DNA of 64,000 nt from a virus. The stretch lies in the IMG/VR virus record IMGVR_UViG_3300043446_003513, positions 42,680 to 106,679 of that record. One strand, written 5' to 3'. Position numbers and translations under genes: made by a program. The notes below the pieces were generated by a model that searched no databases, had not been told where the DNA came from, and saw only the letters and a program-made list of their open reading frames with translations. Shown one piece after another: positions 22,436-31,495 of the stretch (position 1 is the stretch's first letter; the number at the start of each line of letters is the position of its first letter).

Positions 22436-22961
22436 CTTTTGCCTCTATAACAACAGCTTCTATAATACCAGTAATTTGAGAAAGTCTCTTTGCAACTTCC
22501 ATTTTACATTTAGGGCAGGTTGCAGTAACTTCTTTTAATATCCTTACAAGAATTTCTTGTTTCTTTTCTGTTTCAGAAATTTGAGTAGCCAGCTCTACAT
22601 TGTCTAAAATTCCTACTTCTTGGAGCATTCCAATTCTTTTAGACTCTATGTCTGCAATTAATTTTAATGCTGTGGCTTTAACATTAAGTTGACCAGCTTG
22701 GTCGGCATCCTCTACTGTTTTCCAGGCTTCTTTAATTAACATTGCGTAATGCTGATCGGCACCACTTATTGCTTCTTTAGCCCTATCTTTGGCACCAGAA
22801 TCATTTCTTACAACATTTTTCCACTCTTCAATATGTTCAAGAACTTCTGCTCTTTTGAATCCAGTTATAGTTGCTATTTGTGTTGGGTTGTTCCCCTTTA
22901 ATAATTCTTCAACAACCTTGTTCATCCGATCAAAATGGTCTGCTAACTCAATTTCTGCCAT
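22428..22961 (-). CDS. probable terminase small subunit (N-terminal HTH, helical)
   Basis: HTH-like N-terminus, coiled body, CPKC; position upstream of terL. Confidence 0.6.
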   Translation of the reverse strand: MAEIELADHFDRMNKVVEELLKGNNPTQIATITGFKRAEVLEHIEEWKNVVRNDSGAKDRAKEAISGADQHYAMLIKEAWKTVEDADQAGQLNVKATALKLIADIESKRIGMLQEVGILDNVELATQISETEKKQEILVRILKEVTATCPKCKMEVAKRLSQITGIIEAVVIEAKDA

Positions 22962-23283
22962 AATCATCTTCCAGGCGCTCTATATCGCCCTCATCTAAAA
23001 AATCTCCAGTCTGAACCTCTATTAATTCTACTGGAAGATTGCCAGCCTCTAGTCTGTGGGAAACGCCTACTGGGATGTCAATACTTTGTCCTGGAGCCAT
23101 GACCTGTGGATGCCCGTTTAAGGTCACCAGAGGGCATCCTGAGACGATAAACCAATGCTCCGAACGATGTTTGTGCCTTTGATATGAAATGCGTCTCTTA
23201 GGCTCTATATAAAGCTTTTTAACCTGATACCCGTTAGACGAATATAAAACTTCGTAGTATCCCCACGGTCTTGTTTCTATCAT
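22948..23283 (-). CDS. cupin, type II mannose-6-phosphate isomerase C-terminal-like
   Basis: RPWG.Y…VKKL…SYQRH.HRSEHW…HRL…IEVQTG…EGDIERLEDDYGR. Confidence 0.9.
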   Translation of the reverse strand: MIETRPWGYYEVLYSSNGYQVKKLYIEPKRRISYQRHKHRSEHWFIVSGCPLVTLNGHPQVMAPGQSIDIPVGVSHRLEAGNLPVELIEVQTGDFLDEGDIERLEDDYGRN

Positions 23284-23289
23284 AACCAC

Positions 23290-23318
23290 ATTATACTTTT
23301 AGTCAACTAAAATGTCAA
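23290..23318 (-). promoter_or_regulatory. consensus leaderless promoter
   Basis: TTGACA-17 bp-TATAAT; -10 ends 6 nt before ATG 23283. Confidence 0.85.
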
Positions 23319-23638
23319 TTTGAATTGGCTATTTTTAATAAAATTAAATATCCAATTAGATCATCTATATCATTATCTCCAGGAAATCCCTGGGCATTTT
23401 TTATCCTATTTAACTTATCATCAATTCTTACTTTTAATTGCTCAATAGAGTCTGCTTGTGAAAATAATCTAATTGGGCTTAACGCCGAATCTCCATAAGA
23501 TATATTTTTTAAAACTAAATTATGTGATATTTCATGACACATATTTACAATTTTATATCCTGATGGGGCGCCGCTGGCAAGGGTCAATAGGTCATTACAC
23601 GAAAAATATTTTGCATCTTCAAATACTGGTTTTAACAT
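23315..23638 (-). CDS. Nmad1/DUF1599-like (nucleotide-modification-associated) protein
   Basis: KN.SYGDS…VRIDDKLNRI…DDLIGYLIL. Confidence 0.7.
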   Translation of the reverse strand: MLKPVFEDAKYFSCNDLLTLASGAPSGYKIVNMCHEISHNLVLKNISYGDSALSPIRLFSQADSIEQLKVRIDDKLNRIKNAQGFPGDNDIDDLIGYLILLKIANSN

Positions 23639-24381
23639 TAGTCCTCCCATTTAATTTTTGCTATATCTTCATGTATACTATAAGGAATCTGTTTTATCCA
23701 TTGATCATATCCTTCGTGCCAATTTTGACTTCCATATAAATGCTGCACTGCTTCATTATGAAAAATTCTCCAATTTTCAGATCCGTAAGAATAAAATTTA
23801 TATTCTTTTGCTTTGGGAAGTTCTAATTGTATCTTATCCATTTCAGTTAGTCTAGTATGTTCTGGAATATTTAAAGCATCCCTAATGCCTTTCGTCCAAA
23901 CTGCTGGCCCAGTAAGTTTATGAACAAAATGGTCCTCTGAATAATCTGGATTTTTAAATCCTTCTTTAATATTTTTTAAAACAGACTCAATTACTGGATG
24001 CTTTGGTGAAGCCGCAAATGTCCATTGGCAGAGGTGTACATCATTTTCTGGACATATAATCATGTCATAATCTTCTTTCATCCACGAAGATATTGGTTTT
24101 AGGCATAACGTATCTAAATCTGTATATACTCCTCCATAAACATATATAATCATGTACCTCCATAAATCTCCACGCATTACTCCAAGAGGTACATTGACAA
24201 ATATGTTAAACCACTCCTCATCAAAGTTTTCTCTAATAAATTTAGCAGCATCCATATCGCTCATATATCTATATTCATACTCAGGATTTAATTCTTGCCA
24301 GGTTCTTGCAACATTTTTCATATATGGACGAAGATCATCATAATCGCATTTATATGTTTGCCAAATTATTTTAGGAATCAC
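23638..24381 (-). CDS. GT32/Och1-like DxD glycosyltransferase
   Basis: IPKIIWQT, NPEYEY, DLWRY…YGGVY.DLD, TGP. Confidence 0.9.
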   Translation of the reverse strand: MIPKIIWQTYKCDYDDLRPYMKNVARTWQELNPEYEYRYMSDMDAAKFIRENFDEEWFNIFVNVPLGVMRGDLWRYMIIYVYGGVYTDLDTLCLKPISSWMKEDYDMIICPENDVHLCQWTFAASPKHPVIESVLKNIKEGFKNPDYSEDHFVHKLTGPAVWTKGIRDALNIPEHTRLTEMDKIQLELPKAKEYKFYSYGSENWRIFHNEAVQHLYGSQNWHEGYDQWIKQIPYSIHEDIAKIKWED

Positions 24382-25051
24382 CGTTAATCCTTTCATATAT
24401 ATCACTACAAACAAACCAGCTATCCCATTTAGAAAAATCTTCTAAAATTTTTACATATCCTTTTGATTCTAATAATTTATCTATATTTTCTTTGTTTGAA
24501 GTATAATTATGCTCAATTGTTATAAAGTTAAACTTTCTTGAAAAACTATAAGAGTTTAAAATTATAAATTCTGAACCTTCTGTATCAACCGACATATAGT
24601 CTACAGTTTCTGGAGCATTATATTTATTTAATAAATCATCTAAAGAAATAGTGTCTACCTCATATGCAACATTATCATTTCTTCTAGCGCTCGAATGCCC
24701 ATCTTGTTCTGCATATTCAGCAAGTCCTGACAAGCCCTTGCCACCATTTAATTCCCAAAATAACATTTTTTTATTGCTTGTGTCCGCAACACATTTTTCT
24801 TCTATAAAACACCTTCTATTATTTTTTAAACTTTGCACCCATCCAATCGCAGGTTCAGCTAATATACCATTCCAATTATATAGTTTTTCTAGCATATAAG
24901 TATTGCTGCAATCAAGCCCATCTGATGCCCCAAATTCTACAAAAAACCCTGGGCTATTCCCTTTAATAAATAGCGCAAAAAGATCTTGTTTATTTTGCGA
25001 GTACGGAAAATTATAATATTGGTAAAAATCTTCAAATTTTTTTAAAATCAT
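24371..25051 (-). CDS. FkbM-family SAM methyltransferase
   Basis: SQ..QD, FVEFGA.DG…SNT..LE…W.GILAEP, SVDTEGSE, IEHN. Confidence 0.9.
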   Translation of the reverse strand: MILKKFEDFYQYYNFPYSQNKQDLFALFIKGNSPGFFVEFGASDGLDCSNTYMLEKLYNWNGILAEPAIGWVQSLKNNRRCFIEEKCVADTSNKKMLFWELNGGKGLSGLAEYAEQDGHSSARRNDNVAYEVDTISLDDLLNKYNAPETVDYMSVDTEGSEFIILNSYSFSRKFNFITIEHNYTSNKENIDKLLESKGYVKILEDFSKWDSWFVCSDIYERINGDS

Positions 25052-25194
25052 CTTTTTTTCATCAATCCAAAATGCTCTAAATACCTATTAATTGTCATAG
25101 CTGAAACGCCACACATCTTGGCTATCTCTGTAACACTTTTCTTTTCAGCTAAATATTTTTTAAATAGCCATTCTCTGCTTTGATATAACTTCAT
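25048..25194 (-). CDS. 48-aa HTH microprotein (MKLYQSREWL…), not in ORF track
   Basis: KSVTEIAKMCGVSAMTINRYL HTH; ATGA overlaps at both ends. Confidence 0.8.
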   Translation of the reverse strand: MKLYQSREWLFKKYLAEKKSVTEIAKMCGVSAMTINRYLEHFGLMKKR

Positions 25195-25757
25195 CTTTGA
25201 GTTAACACCGTATTCGAATAATGTGCAATGCCGAATGCATCTGCAACATCAAAATCATCTAACTGCAAATTATATTTTTTATTAAAATAATCTACAGTTC
25301 TTTGTTTTCTGATTTCACGCATTTTATTTTTATACCATGAATCAGCATGTCCTGGATTTTCAAACCTAAGTTTGTCTTTCTCCATTTTTGTTGGGTTTTT
25401 ATTTCCAATGTGAGCTTGCCAAGAAGTAGGAGATATAGTAATAACACTAGCACCACTAGACATAAGCTCAGCAATGACGACACCGTAAACATATGATAAT
25501 TTTATCACAGCATCTGGTGATCTGACAAGTACCGCACCTTCTACAACAATGTAGTCTGATTTAAGTTCCATGAGCATGGCAGACATTTTAATTTTTGCGT
25601 CATATATTTTTTGATATATATCTGAACCAATTAATTCAATCTTGCCCCATTTTATTGGTTTATCATTTTCCATTAAACAAAAAGCTATTGAATTAGTAGA
25701 TGCGTCTATTCCTAAAACTCTATGAGCTTTTGTTTTAACTAAATCAACTAATTTCAT
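25191..25757 (-). CDS. ruvC: RuvC-like Holliday junction resolvase
   Basis: VLGIDAS, IVVE, P.SW, DVADAFGIA. Confidence 0.82.
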   Translation of the reverse strand: MKLVDLVKTKAHRVLGIDASTNSIAFCLMENDKPIKWGKIELIGSDIYQKIYDAKIKMSAMLMELKSDYIVVEGAVLVRSPDAVIKLSYVYGVVIAELMSSGASVITISPTSWQAHIGNKNPTKMEKDKLRFENPGHADSWYKNKMREIRKQRTVDYFNKKYNLQLDDFDVADAFGIAHYSNTVLTQR

Positions 25758-26022
25758 TTATCATGTCCAAAAGTTTATTTTTTTGTTTAATATTAGTTTT
25801 TTTATTACATGTAGAACATATATTAGATTGGTTATATCTGCTTAATTTAGTCTTACATTTTTTACACTGTCTAATTGCGCCATTTCTAATAGCTTTTTTC
25901 TCATAATATTTTTCCATTATTCTTTTGTTAGTAGCAACTCTGCAGCATTCGTCAGAACAATACTTTTGATTATGAGTCTTTGGCTCAAATTCTGTAGCAC
26001 ACTCCTTGTTATAACAAATCAA
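25744..26022 (-). CDS. multi-Cys zinc-finger protein
   Basis: C…C…F…YCS.EC; CKKC…CSTC. Confidence 0.75.
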   Translation of the reverse strand: MICYNKECATEFEPKTHNQKYCSDECCRVATNKRIMEKYYEKKAIRNGAIRQCKKCKTKLSRYNQSNICSTCNKKTNIKQKNKLLDMINEIS

Positions 26023-26795
26023 TTTTTAAATACCTCTAGTGGCTCTATTTGTACTGTTCCAGTCTCCATAGACCAACAAGCTTTTTTGGCTGGACAATAC
26101 TTGCAAACCGAACTTGATTTTGTATACGGCCTCATTGGGAGGTCGCCTTCTTTAAAGTTGTCCCAGACCTCGCACATCCAAATAAATGTATCCTCAATAA
26201 TCTTTTTATTTCTTGCATTCATTTGAATTGGAATAATTAATACTTCTTGAGTATTTTTATTTTCATACAAAAAGAAACCTTCTTTTACATTCATTAATTT
26301 CATATAAATTAAAAGTTGTATCAAATGGTTTGGCGATGGATCCATGGTGGCCTGTCTGGTGTCCCAAACCTCCTGCTTTGCAGTTTTGATTTCTCCGAGA
26401 ACTTCGGTTCCATCCCAGTCTAAAACTAGATCTATAAATCCTCTTATTGGTGGGTATTCATTTTTAATTTCTTTTTCTTCTTCTTTTAAAATTCCAATAC
26501 TACTAATTAATTTTTGTAATCTTTCATGAGCCTGTGTTCCCTGCATCATATTAGCCAAGGCTATTGAGTCTTGATCTTCTATAAACATAACCCCAGTAAA
26601 TGCTAGATACCAATATCTTGGACAATTTCCTTTTCCATATCCGATAGTACTAGGGCTAAAGGAATGCTTTGTTGTTACCTGATCTTCTCTTTTTGTTGCT
26701 AGGTAAGCTTCATCTAGCATAGAGGCAAACTTTTGTGGATCAAAATCACCTGTAGATTTTTTAAATTTTAAATTACTTACAATTTCTCTTCCCAT
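26019..26795 (-). CDS. Cas4-like PD-(D/E)xK exonuclease
   Basis: CPR, GT..HE, G.ID…GEIKT, QL..YM, CKYCP….C Fe-S ligands. Confidence 0.87.
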   Translation of the reverse strand: MGREIVSNLKFKKSTGDFDPQKFASMLDEAYLATKREDQVTTKHSFSPSTIGYGKGNCPRYWYLAFTGVMFIEDQDSIALANMMQGTQAHERLQKLISSIGILKEEEKEIKNEYPPIRGFIDLVLDWDGTEVLGEIKTAKQEVWDTRQATMDPSPNHLIQLLIYMKLMNVKEGFFLYENKNTQEVLIIPIQMNARNKKIIEDTFIWMCEVWDNFKEGDLPMRPYTKSSSVCKYCPAKKACWSMETGTVQIEPLEVFKN

Positions 26796-27130
26796 TATGA
26801 ATTATATCGAACAACGTATTTGAGGGCATCAACTAGTTTGTCCAAAGCCTCCTTAACAGAGTAGTAAACATTCTTTTTATTATTATTGTCTGTTCCAGCC
26901 TTGTCCTTCATAATAGTAGAATATATTGAAGCTAGGACTGAAAATTTAGTAGACATTGCTTGCAATTCAATAATTAATTGTGGTGCTTTTGCGGCTGGGA
27001 CGTCTGGGTTCATTAGTAATTTTACCACAATTGATAATACTTTGTCTAAATGTTCATCTTTCATAAATTCATGCAAATCATTAAACTCTGTAATTTCACT
27101 TATTAATTCTAAAGTGTTTTTATTTTCCAA
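26795..27130 (-). CDS. hypothetical helical protein
   Basis: 111-aa coupled ORF. Confidence 0.7.
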   Translation of the reverse strand: MENKNTLELISEITEFNDLHEFMKDEHLDKVLSIVVKLLMNPDVPAAKAPQLIIELQAMSTKFSVLASIYSTIMKDKAGTDNNNKKNVYYSVKEALDKLVDALKYVVRYNS

Positions 27131-28012
27131 TTATATTTTCCTTCCGTCAATAAAGTTTATATTTTTTCTATCATTTATTTCCTTTAACTTTTTTTCATCA
27201 ACATATTGTTCAAATTCCATATTTTTTATATTGCATAATCCTAATTTAAGATCTAAAGATGTTCTTATTGTATATCTTGGCCCACCAATTGGGTATCTTG
27301 CTGAATGGAAATATGGGAAAAAAGAAGGAAAAACAATTATGTCCCCAGCCTGTGGTTTATATGAAATTATTTTTTTGTCTAAATCTAAAAATTCTATTTC
27401 TCCATCATCATAATCATCATTTAAATAAAACATCATAGAAATTATATGTTCTGAATTTGTTTTTGTTGCATCTGTATGAAATGAAAGAAGCGGCCATTCT
27501 GAAGACTGATAATCATACTTAAAAAATGTAAGTTGTGAATGGTCTTCTGGATTGTTTAAAACACTCATTTTTTTTATTAATGAGAAGTCTGCTGGCCAAA
27601 TTTTACTTTCTTGATAAGTATTTAAATAGTCTGACAATACATTATATTTTATATTAATAATTTTTTCTAAAATATGACATTCAATTTCCTGTTTTGATTT
27701 TTTTAAAATATTTTCTTTTTCTGAAAAATTTTTTATAATATTTTTGTTTAAAGAAACATGATGTCCCCATTCAGAAAATTTTTTTTGATTAAATTCAACG
27801 CTATATCCATGCATTACAGATCCCCTATATAAATTTTTAAATGTATGAAGGTACACGGAATCTAATATATTTTTGTATTCTTCTTCATGATTACACATAA
27901 CTGTACAGTTATGAAAATATAATGATGAATCTAAAAGATCAATAATTTTTTTATCATAATTTAATAAATTTTTATAAACAACAACATGATCTAGCAATTC
28001 TTTTTTTATCAT
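27131..28012 (-). CDS. 2OG-Fe(II) oxygenase, P4H-like
   Basis: FHTD…FYLNDDYDDGEIEF…GDIIVFPS…HSA…RY. Confidence 0.88.
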   Translation of the reverse strand: MIKKELLDHVVVYKNLLNYDKKIIDLLDSSLYFHNCTVMCNHEEEYKNILDSVYLHTFKNLYRGSVMHGYSVEFNQKKFSEWGHHVSLNKNIIKNFSEKENILKKSKQEIECHILEKIINIKYNVLSDYLNTYQESKIWPADFSLIKKMSVLNNPEDHSQLTFFKYDYQSSEWPLLSFHTDATKTNSEHIISMMFYLNDDYDDGEIEFLDLDKKIISYKPQAGDIIVFPSFFPYFHSARYPIGGPRYTIRTSLDLKLGLCNIKNMEFEQYVDEKKLKEINDRKNINFIDGRKI

Positions 28013-28977
28013 ATCACTCTTCCATCCAAATAAATACTTTTTGATCTTTCTATAAACAAAGGCTCCTCGGGATTGTTTGGATTTACTTCATTTTCTCCTA
28101 TAAAAATAATCTGTCTTGCATTTACTCCATCATTAACTCTTTCAATGACTTTTTCTTTTTCTATTTCAAGCCATTGTTCAACTCCCATCCGTGCAGAGCT
28201 TTCCAACCAATTTTTTGATCCAATAAATAACTTCGTTCCAAAAACTCTTATAAACATTTTATTGTCTCCAGAGTGTGCCGCTCTTGCTGCATGCCAATAC
28301 GGTCTTCCTGAAGGGAATACGGTTATGTCTCCCCTCTTAGGCTTATATGTAATCATTTTTTTTTCATCTTCTATAAAAAAATCTATTTCTCCGCCTTCAT
28401 AATTATCATTTAAATAAAATGTATAAGTCAATATTTGTTTTGGCCCTGGCCATTCCCATCTTTGTGAATGCCAATCAGTATGAACACCAATTGTAAATTC
28501 ATTTTCTAAATTATTTTTATGTTCTAAAATTTCTATTCTTCCAAGATACAACCCATCTGGATCATTTATTAATCTAAAATTTTTACCAGCGTACTCTGGC
28601 CAAGGATGTGATTCGTATATGTCAAAATAATTATTGTGGACGTCTGTTAATTTTTTAGCAATTAAATTGCTGACCTCTAATTGTTTTTTACCAACGTCGT
28701 TTAAATTTTCATAATCTATATCCACTCCGCCTAAAAATGTAGTTTTTTCCCCAAATGTATACCACTTGGTCCATGTTGTAATTATTGTTCCATCTTTTCT
28801 ATCAACAGAAGGATGTCCATGATAGTCATAATAAGAAGAATCAATTGGTTCTGAAGTAGGAATATGAGAGGTATCTTGTCTAGATTTTTTAATTGTATCA
28901 AAAATTAAATCTAATTCTTCTAAAGAAAATACATCTTTATAAATATGAACCTTGTCCATAATTTTAATATTTCTCAT
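28009..28977 (-). CDS. 2OG-Fe(II) oxygenase, P4H-like
   Basis: VHTD…FYLNDNYEGGEIDF…GDITVFPS…HAA…K. Confidence 0.88.
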   Translation of the reverse strand: MRNIKIMDKVHIYKDVFSLEELDLIFDTIKKSRQDTSHIPTSEPIDSSYYDYHGHPSVDRKDGTIITTWTKWYTFGEKTTFLGGVDIDYENLNDVGKKQLEVSNLIAKKLTDVHNNYFDIYESHPWPEYAGKNFRLINDPDGLYLGRIEILEHKNNLENEFTIGVHTDWHSQRWEWPGPKQILTYTFYLNDNYEGGEIDFFIEDEKKMITYKPKRGDITVFPSGRPYWHAARAAHSGDNKMFIRVFGTKLFIGSKNWLESSARMGVEQWLEIEKEKVIERVNDGVNARQIIFIGENEVNPNNPEEPLFIERSKSIYLDGRVI

Positions 28978-29117
28978 TTAAAAATCCTTTTATGTTTTAC
29001 AAGATAGGGTCCTAGATCTGACTTTATTCTACTATCTTTGTCTATCCTTACTATTCTACCATTTTTTATAATAGTTCGATTTTGAGGATACTTCTTTTTC
29101 CTTTGACCACTAGACAT
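28974..29117 (-). CDS. 47-aa basic microprotein (MSSGQRKKKYP…), not in ORF track
   Basis: Fills the gap exactly; SD GGAGG; ATGA overlap downstream. Confidence 0.6.
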   Translation of the reverse strand: MSSGQRKKKYPQNRTIIKNGRIVRIDKDSRIKSDLGPYLVKHKRIFK

Positions 29118-29418
29118 TCTTTCCCTCCCGTTCTTCTAATAACTGCTCTAATAAAGACCATTCTATTACAGCTAATCTAGTTTTATTGTTGTCTTTGCCC
29201 AATATTAATTTAAGAACTGGGTATTTGTCTCTGTTTACCTTAAATGTATCTGTACAAATTTTTGCCCAAATAGATTGAGATATAGATATAGACTTTTCAT
29301 ATTCTTTATAGTCTACGACAAAATCTTTCCATTGTGCATCGCCTTTACTATAATCTCCTCTGCCACTATTTTTTTGCTGTTTTGCATTATCTCTTTTGGC
29401 TTCAGATCTCTCAGACAT
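29110..29418 (-). CDS. Hjc-like PD-(D/E)xK resolvase/endonuclease
   Basis: E…NSG….KGD…VVDYKE pattern. Confidence 0.65.
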   Translation of the reverse strand: MSERSEAKRDNAKQQKNSGRGDYSKGDAQWKDFVVDYKEYEKSISISQSIWAKICTDTFKVNRDKYPVLKLILGKDNNKTRLAVIEWSLLEQLLEEREGKNV

Positions 29419-29603
29419 TATTGCACCTGAAATTTATTTTTGTGTTCATTCCCGCATTCCCAAATTAATATTTTTTCTACAGGATCCCATAATGCTCCTT
29501 CAACATCCAGGTCACAATATGCACATCCTCTTATGCCACCCAGCTCTTCATAATTATTATTTGTTGGTTTTGGTTTATTTATAAACTCATTTATATTTGG
29601 CAT
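29418..29603 (-). CDS. small zinc-ribbon protein
   Basis: CAYC…WEC…H. Confidence 0.7.
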   Translation of the reverse strand: MPNINEFINKPKPTNNNYEELGGIRGCAYCDLDVEGALWDPVEKILIWECGNEHKNKFQVQ

Positions 29604-30594
29604 ACACTTCACTTGTAATTTTAGCAAGCACCTCTGGGTTATCTCTTAAATACTGTACAGTTTTGGATCTACCCTGCAATCTTTCTCCGTTTACAGTATA
29701 CCAAGCTCCTCCTTTTTCTACAACGCCGCACATTTCTGCAACATCTAAGGTTTCGCCAACCAAGTCTACACCGAGAACATCCCCTTGGTAGTAGAAGTCG
29801 TACTGTCCAGATAAATTTGGGGGGCCGAGTTTGTTGTAATCAATAATCCAATTAACTGGCCTTCCGATTTTTTGTTCAATAATTTTGTCGCCAACTTTAA
29901 CGCCAGCTTTAATAGCATTCGCCTCAGCCTCAGAAGACCAGAGCTTGATGACAGTGGAAGAAAAGAACTTAACTGCCATCCCACCCGTGGGTATGTGCGA
30001 AGCATGCATAGATCCAAATTGATTTCGTTGTTGTGATATGAGAATAAGTAATGTGTTCTTGTTTGCATAATTTAACATTTTGACTGCGTGGGTCATATCC
30101 TTTGCTTCTGCGCCGATTTGCTTTGTATCTTGCAAATCTTTTAATTCATTTCCATCTTTTTCAAAATAAATAGCTGGTAGCAAAGCTGAAATGGAATCTA
30201 CAACAATTATATCCACATCTGCTTCCATGAGGCTTGTGGCAACATCTACCATATCGTTTACAGTTTTAGCTGGAGAATAAATTAATTTTTCTGAATCAAC
30301 TCCAAGCTGACTGGCCCAATCTGCTGAATATGAATGCTCGGCATCTATCCATGCACAAGTTTTACCCTCTTGTTGTGCCAACGCAATTAATTGTAGACAA
30401 AAAGAAGACTTGCCAGCAGATTTATTTCCCCACACAAGAACCTGTCTTCCATATCCAAGACCTCCTTGAAGAGCAAAATTTAATCCGATGCTTGGTGTGG
30501 GCTGCTTAATAATTTGTACATCTACTGCTGACTGAACCCTACTTCTAGTTTTAGGATCGAGTTTAGCTAATACATCGTTTATCTGTATCGTCAT
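29587..30594 (-). CDS. recA: RecA/UvsX-like recombinase
   Basis: GNKSAGKS Walker A, WIDAEH, IVVDS, PTGG.AVKF, GAWY. Confidence 0.93.
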   Translation of the reverse strand: MTIQINDVLAKLDPKTRSRVQSAVDVQIIKQPTPSIGLNFALQGGLGYGRQVLVWGNKSAGKSSFCLQLIALAQQEGKTCAWIDAEHSYSADWASQLGVDSEKLIYSPAKTVNDMVDVATSLMEADVDIIVVDSISALLPAIYFEKDGNELKDLQDTKQIGAEAKDMTHAVKMLNYANKNTLLILISQQRNQFGSMHASHIPTGGMAVKFFSSTVIKLWSSEAEANAIKAGVKVGDKIIEQKIGRPVNWIIDYNKLGPPNLSGQYDFYYQGDVLGVDLVGETLDVAEMCGVVEKGGAWYTVNGERLQGRSKTVQYLRDNPEVLAKITSEVYAKYK

Positions 30595-30597
30595 GTT

Positions 30598-30933
30598 CTA
30601 CCTTCTATAAAATGGGCTATTGTAATCAACAAACCCTACCTCTAAATTTCCTCTTGTGCATTGAAATCCAATTGAATTTGATGGCCTCTCCCCATCAGAT
30701 TCATATCTTAATTCAAAACCCATTTCATCAGTATCTTGATTATATGTTACACACATCATGCTTCCATTATTTGTTATAAAATCATTTGGCCAAACCTGTT
30801 CGTTATCTATTAATTCATTAAAAATAGATCTTGGAACAAAAATTTTTCCATGATGTTTTAGTATAGCCACTAAGGCTGATGTTGCTCTTAATTTTTCAAA
30901 TATGATTCTGTTTATATCTAGTTCTTCAGACAT
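30598..30933 (-). CDS. hypothetical protein, paralog of 31289..31495
   Basis: IF..L.A…LVAIL pattern; leaderless TGCTATAAT promoter at 30940-30948. Confidence 0.7.
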   Translation of the reverse strand: MSEELDINRIIFEKLRATSALVAILKHHGKIFVPRSIFNELIDNEQVWPNDFITNNGSMMCVTYNQDTDEMGFELRYESDGERPSNSIGFQCTRGNLEVGFVDYNSPFYRR

Positions 30934-30948
30934 AATATCATTATAGCA

Positions 30949-31299
30949 TTAAAATAAATTGCCGTGAAGCTTCGGGCGTTCTTTATTTTTATTAATTTTT
31001 GATTCTAATATTTCGTCTAAGCTATGTAAAACCATTTCTTCATTTCTCATTGCAGCATAAACATCTAGCAATCTAATAATAACGTCTGCCATTTCTTCTA
31101 CAACCTTTTCGCTACCATGATTTTTTCTAATTGCTTCTAATACTTCGGTAACTTCAGAATGAACAAGGGCTAATTTATTTCCAAGCTTATCGTAATTTGT
31201 TTGTCCGTCCCAAAAACCTTTTTCTTTAGCTGTTTCATGAAGTAGTGCAGATAATGCATCCAAACCATAATCTGTCATCAAAGAAATATTACTGTTCAT
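30949..31299 (-). CDS. mazG: MazG-like NTP pyrophosphohydrolase
   Basis: LVHSEVTEVLEA…EEMADVIIR…K…N..R. Confidence 0.85.
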   Translation of the reverse strand: MNSNISLMTDYGLDALSALLHETAKEKGFWDGQTNYDKLGNKLALVHSEVTEVLEAIRKNHGSEKVVEEMADVIIRLLDVYAAMRNEEMVLHSLDEILESKINKNKERPKLHGNLF

Positions 31300-31495
31300 T
31301 AGTATCCTCTTTAATCTTAAATGTGAAACGATTTGTTTCATCATCGTAATCAACTTGAAGTTGTTTATCTTGTGCCACCATATTTATAAATGAATCTGCA
31401 GAAATAGAAATTTGTTTTTGATCTTCTAAAATTGCAACCAATATTCTACTTGCAGTTAACATTTTAAAAATTTCTTCTGGAGTTTGCTCTGTCAT
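31289..31495 (-). CDS. hypothetical protein
   Basis: 68-aa ORF coupled to dnaE. Confidence 0.7.
   Translation of the reverse strand: MTEQTPEEIFKMLTASRILVAILEDQKQISISADSFINMVAQDKQLQVDYDDETNRFTFKIKEDTNEQ

Noticed and set aside
26019-26795. Cas4 as evidence of a CRISPR-Cas system
   Set aside because: No repeat-spacer array or other cas genes seen; solo Cas4-like nucleases are common in phage recombination modules
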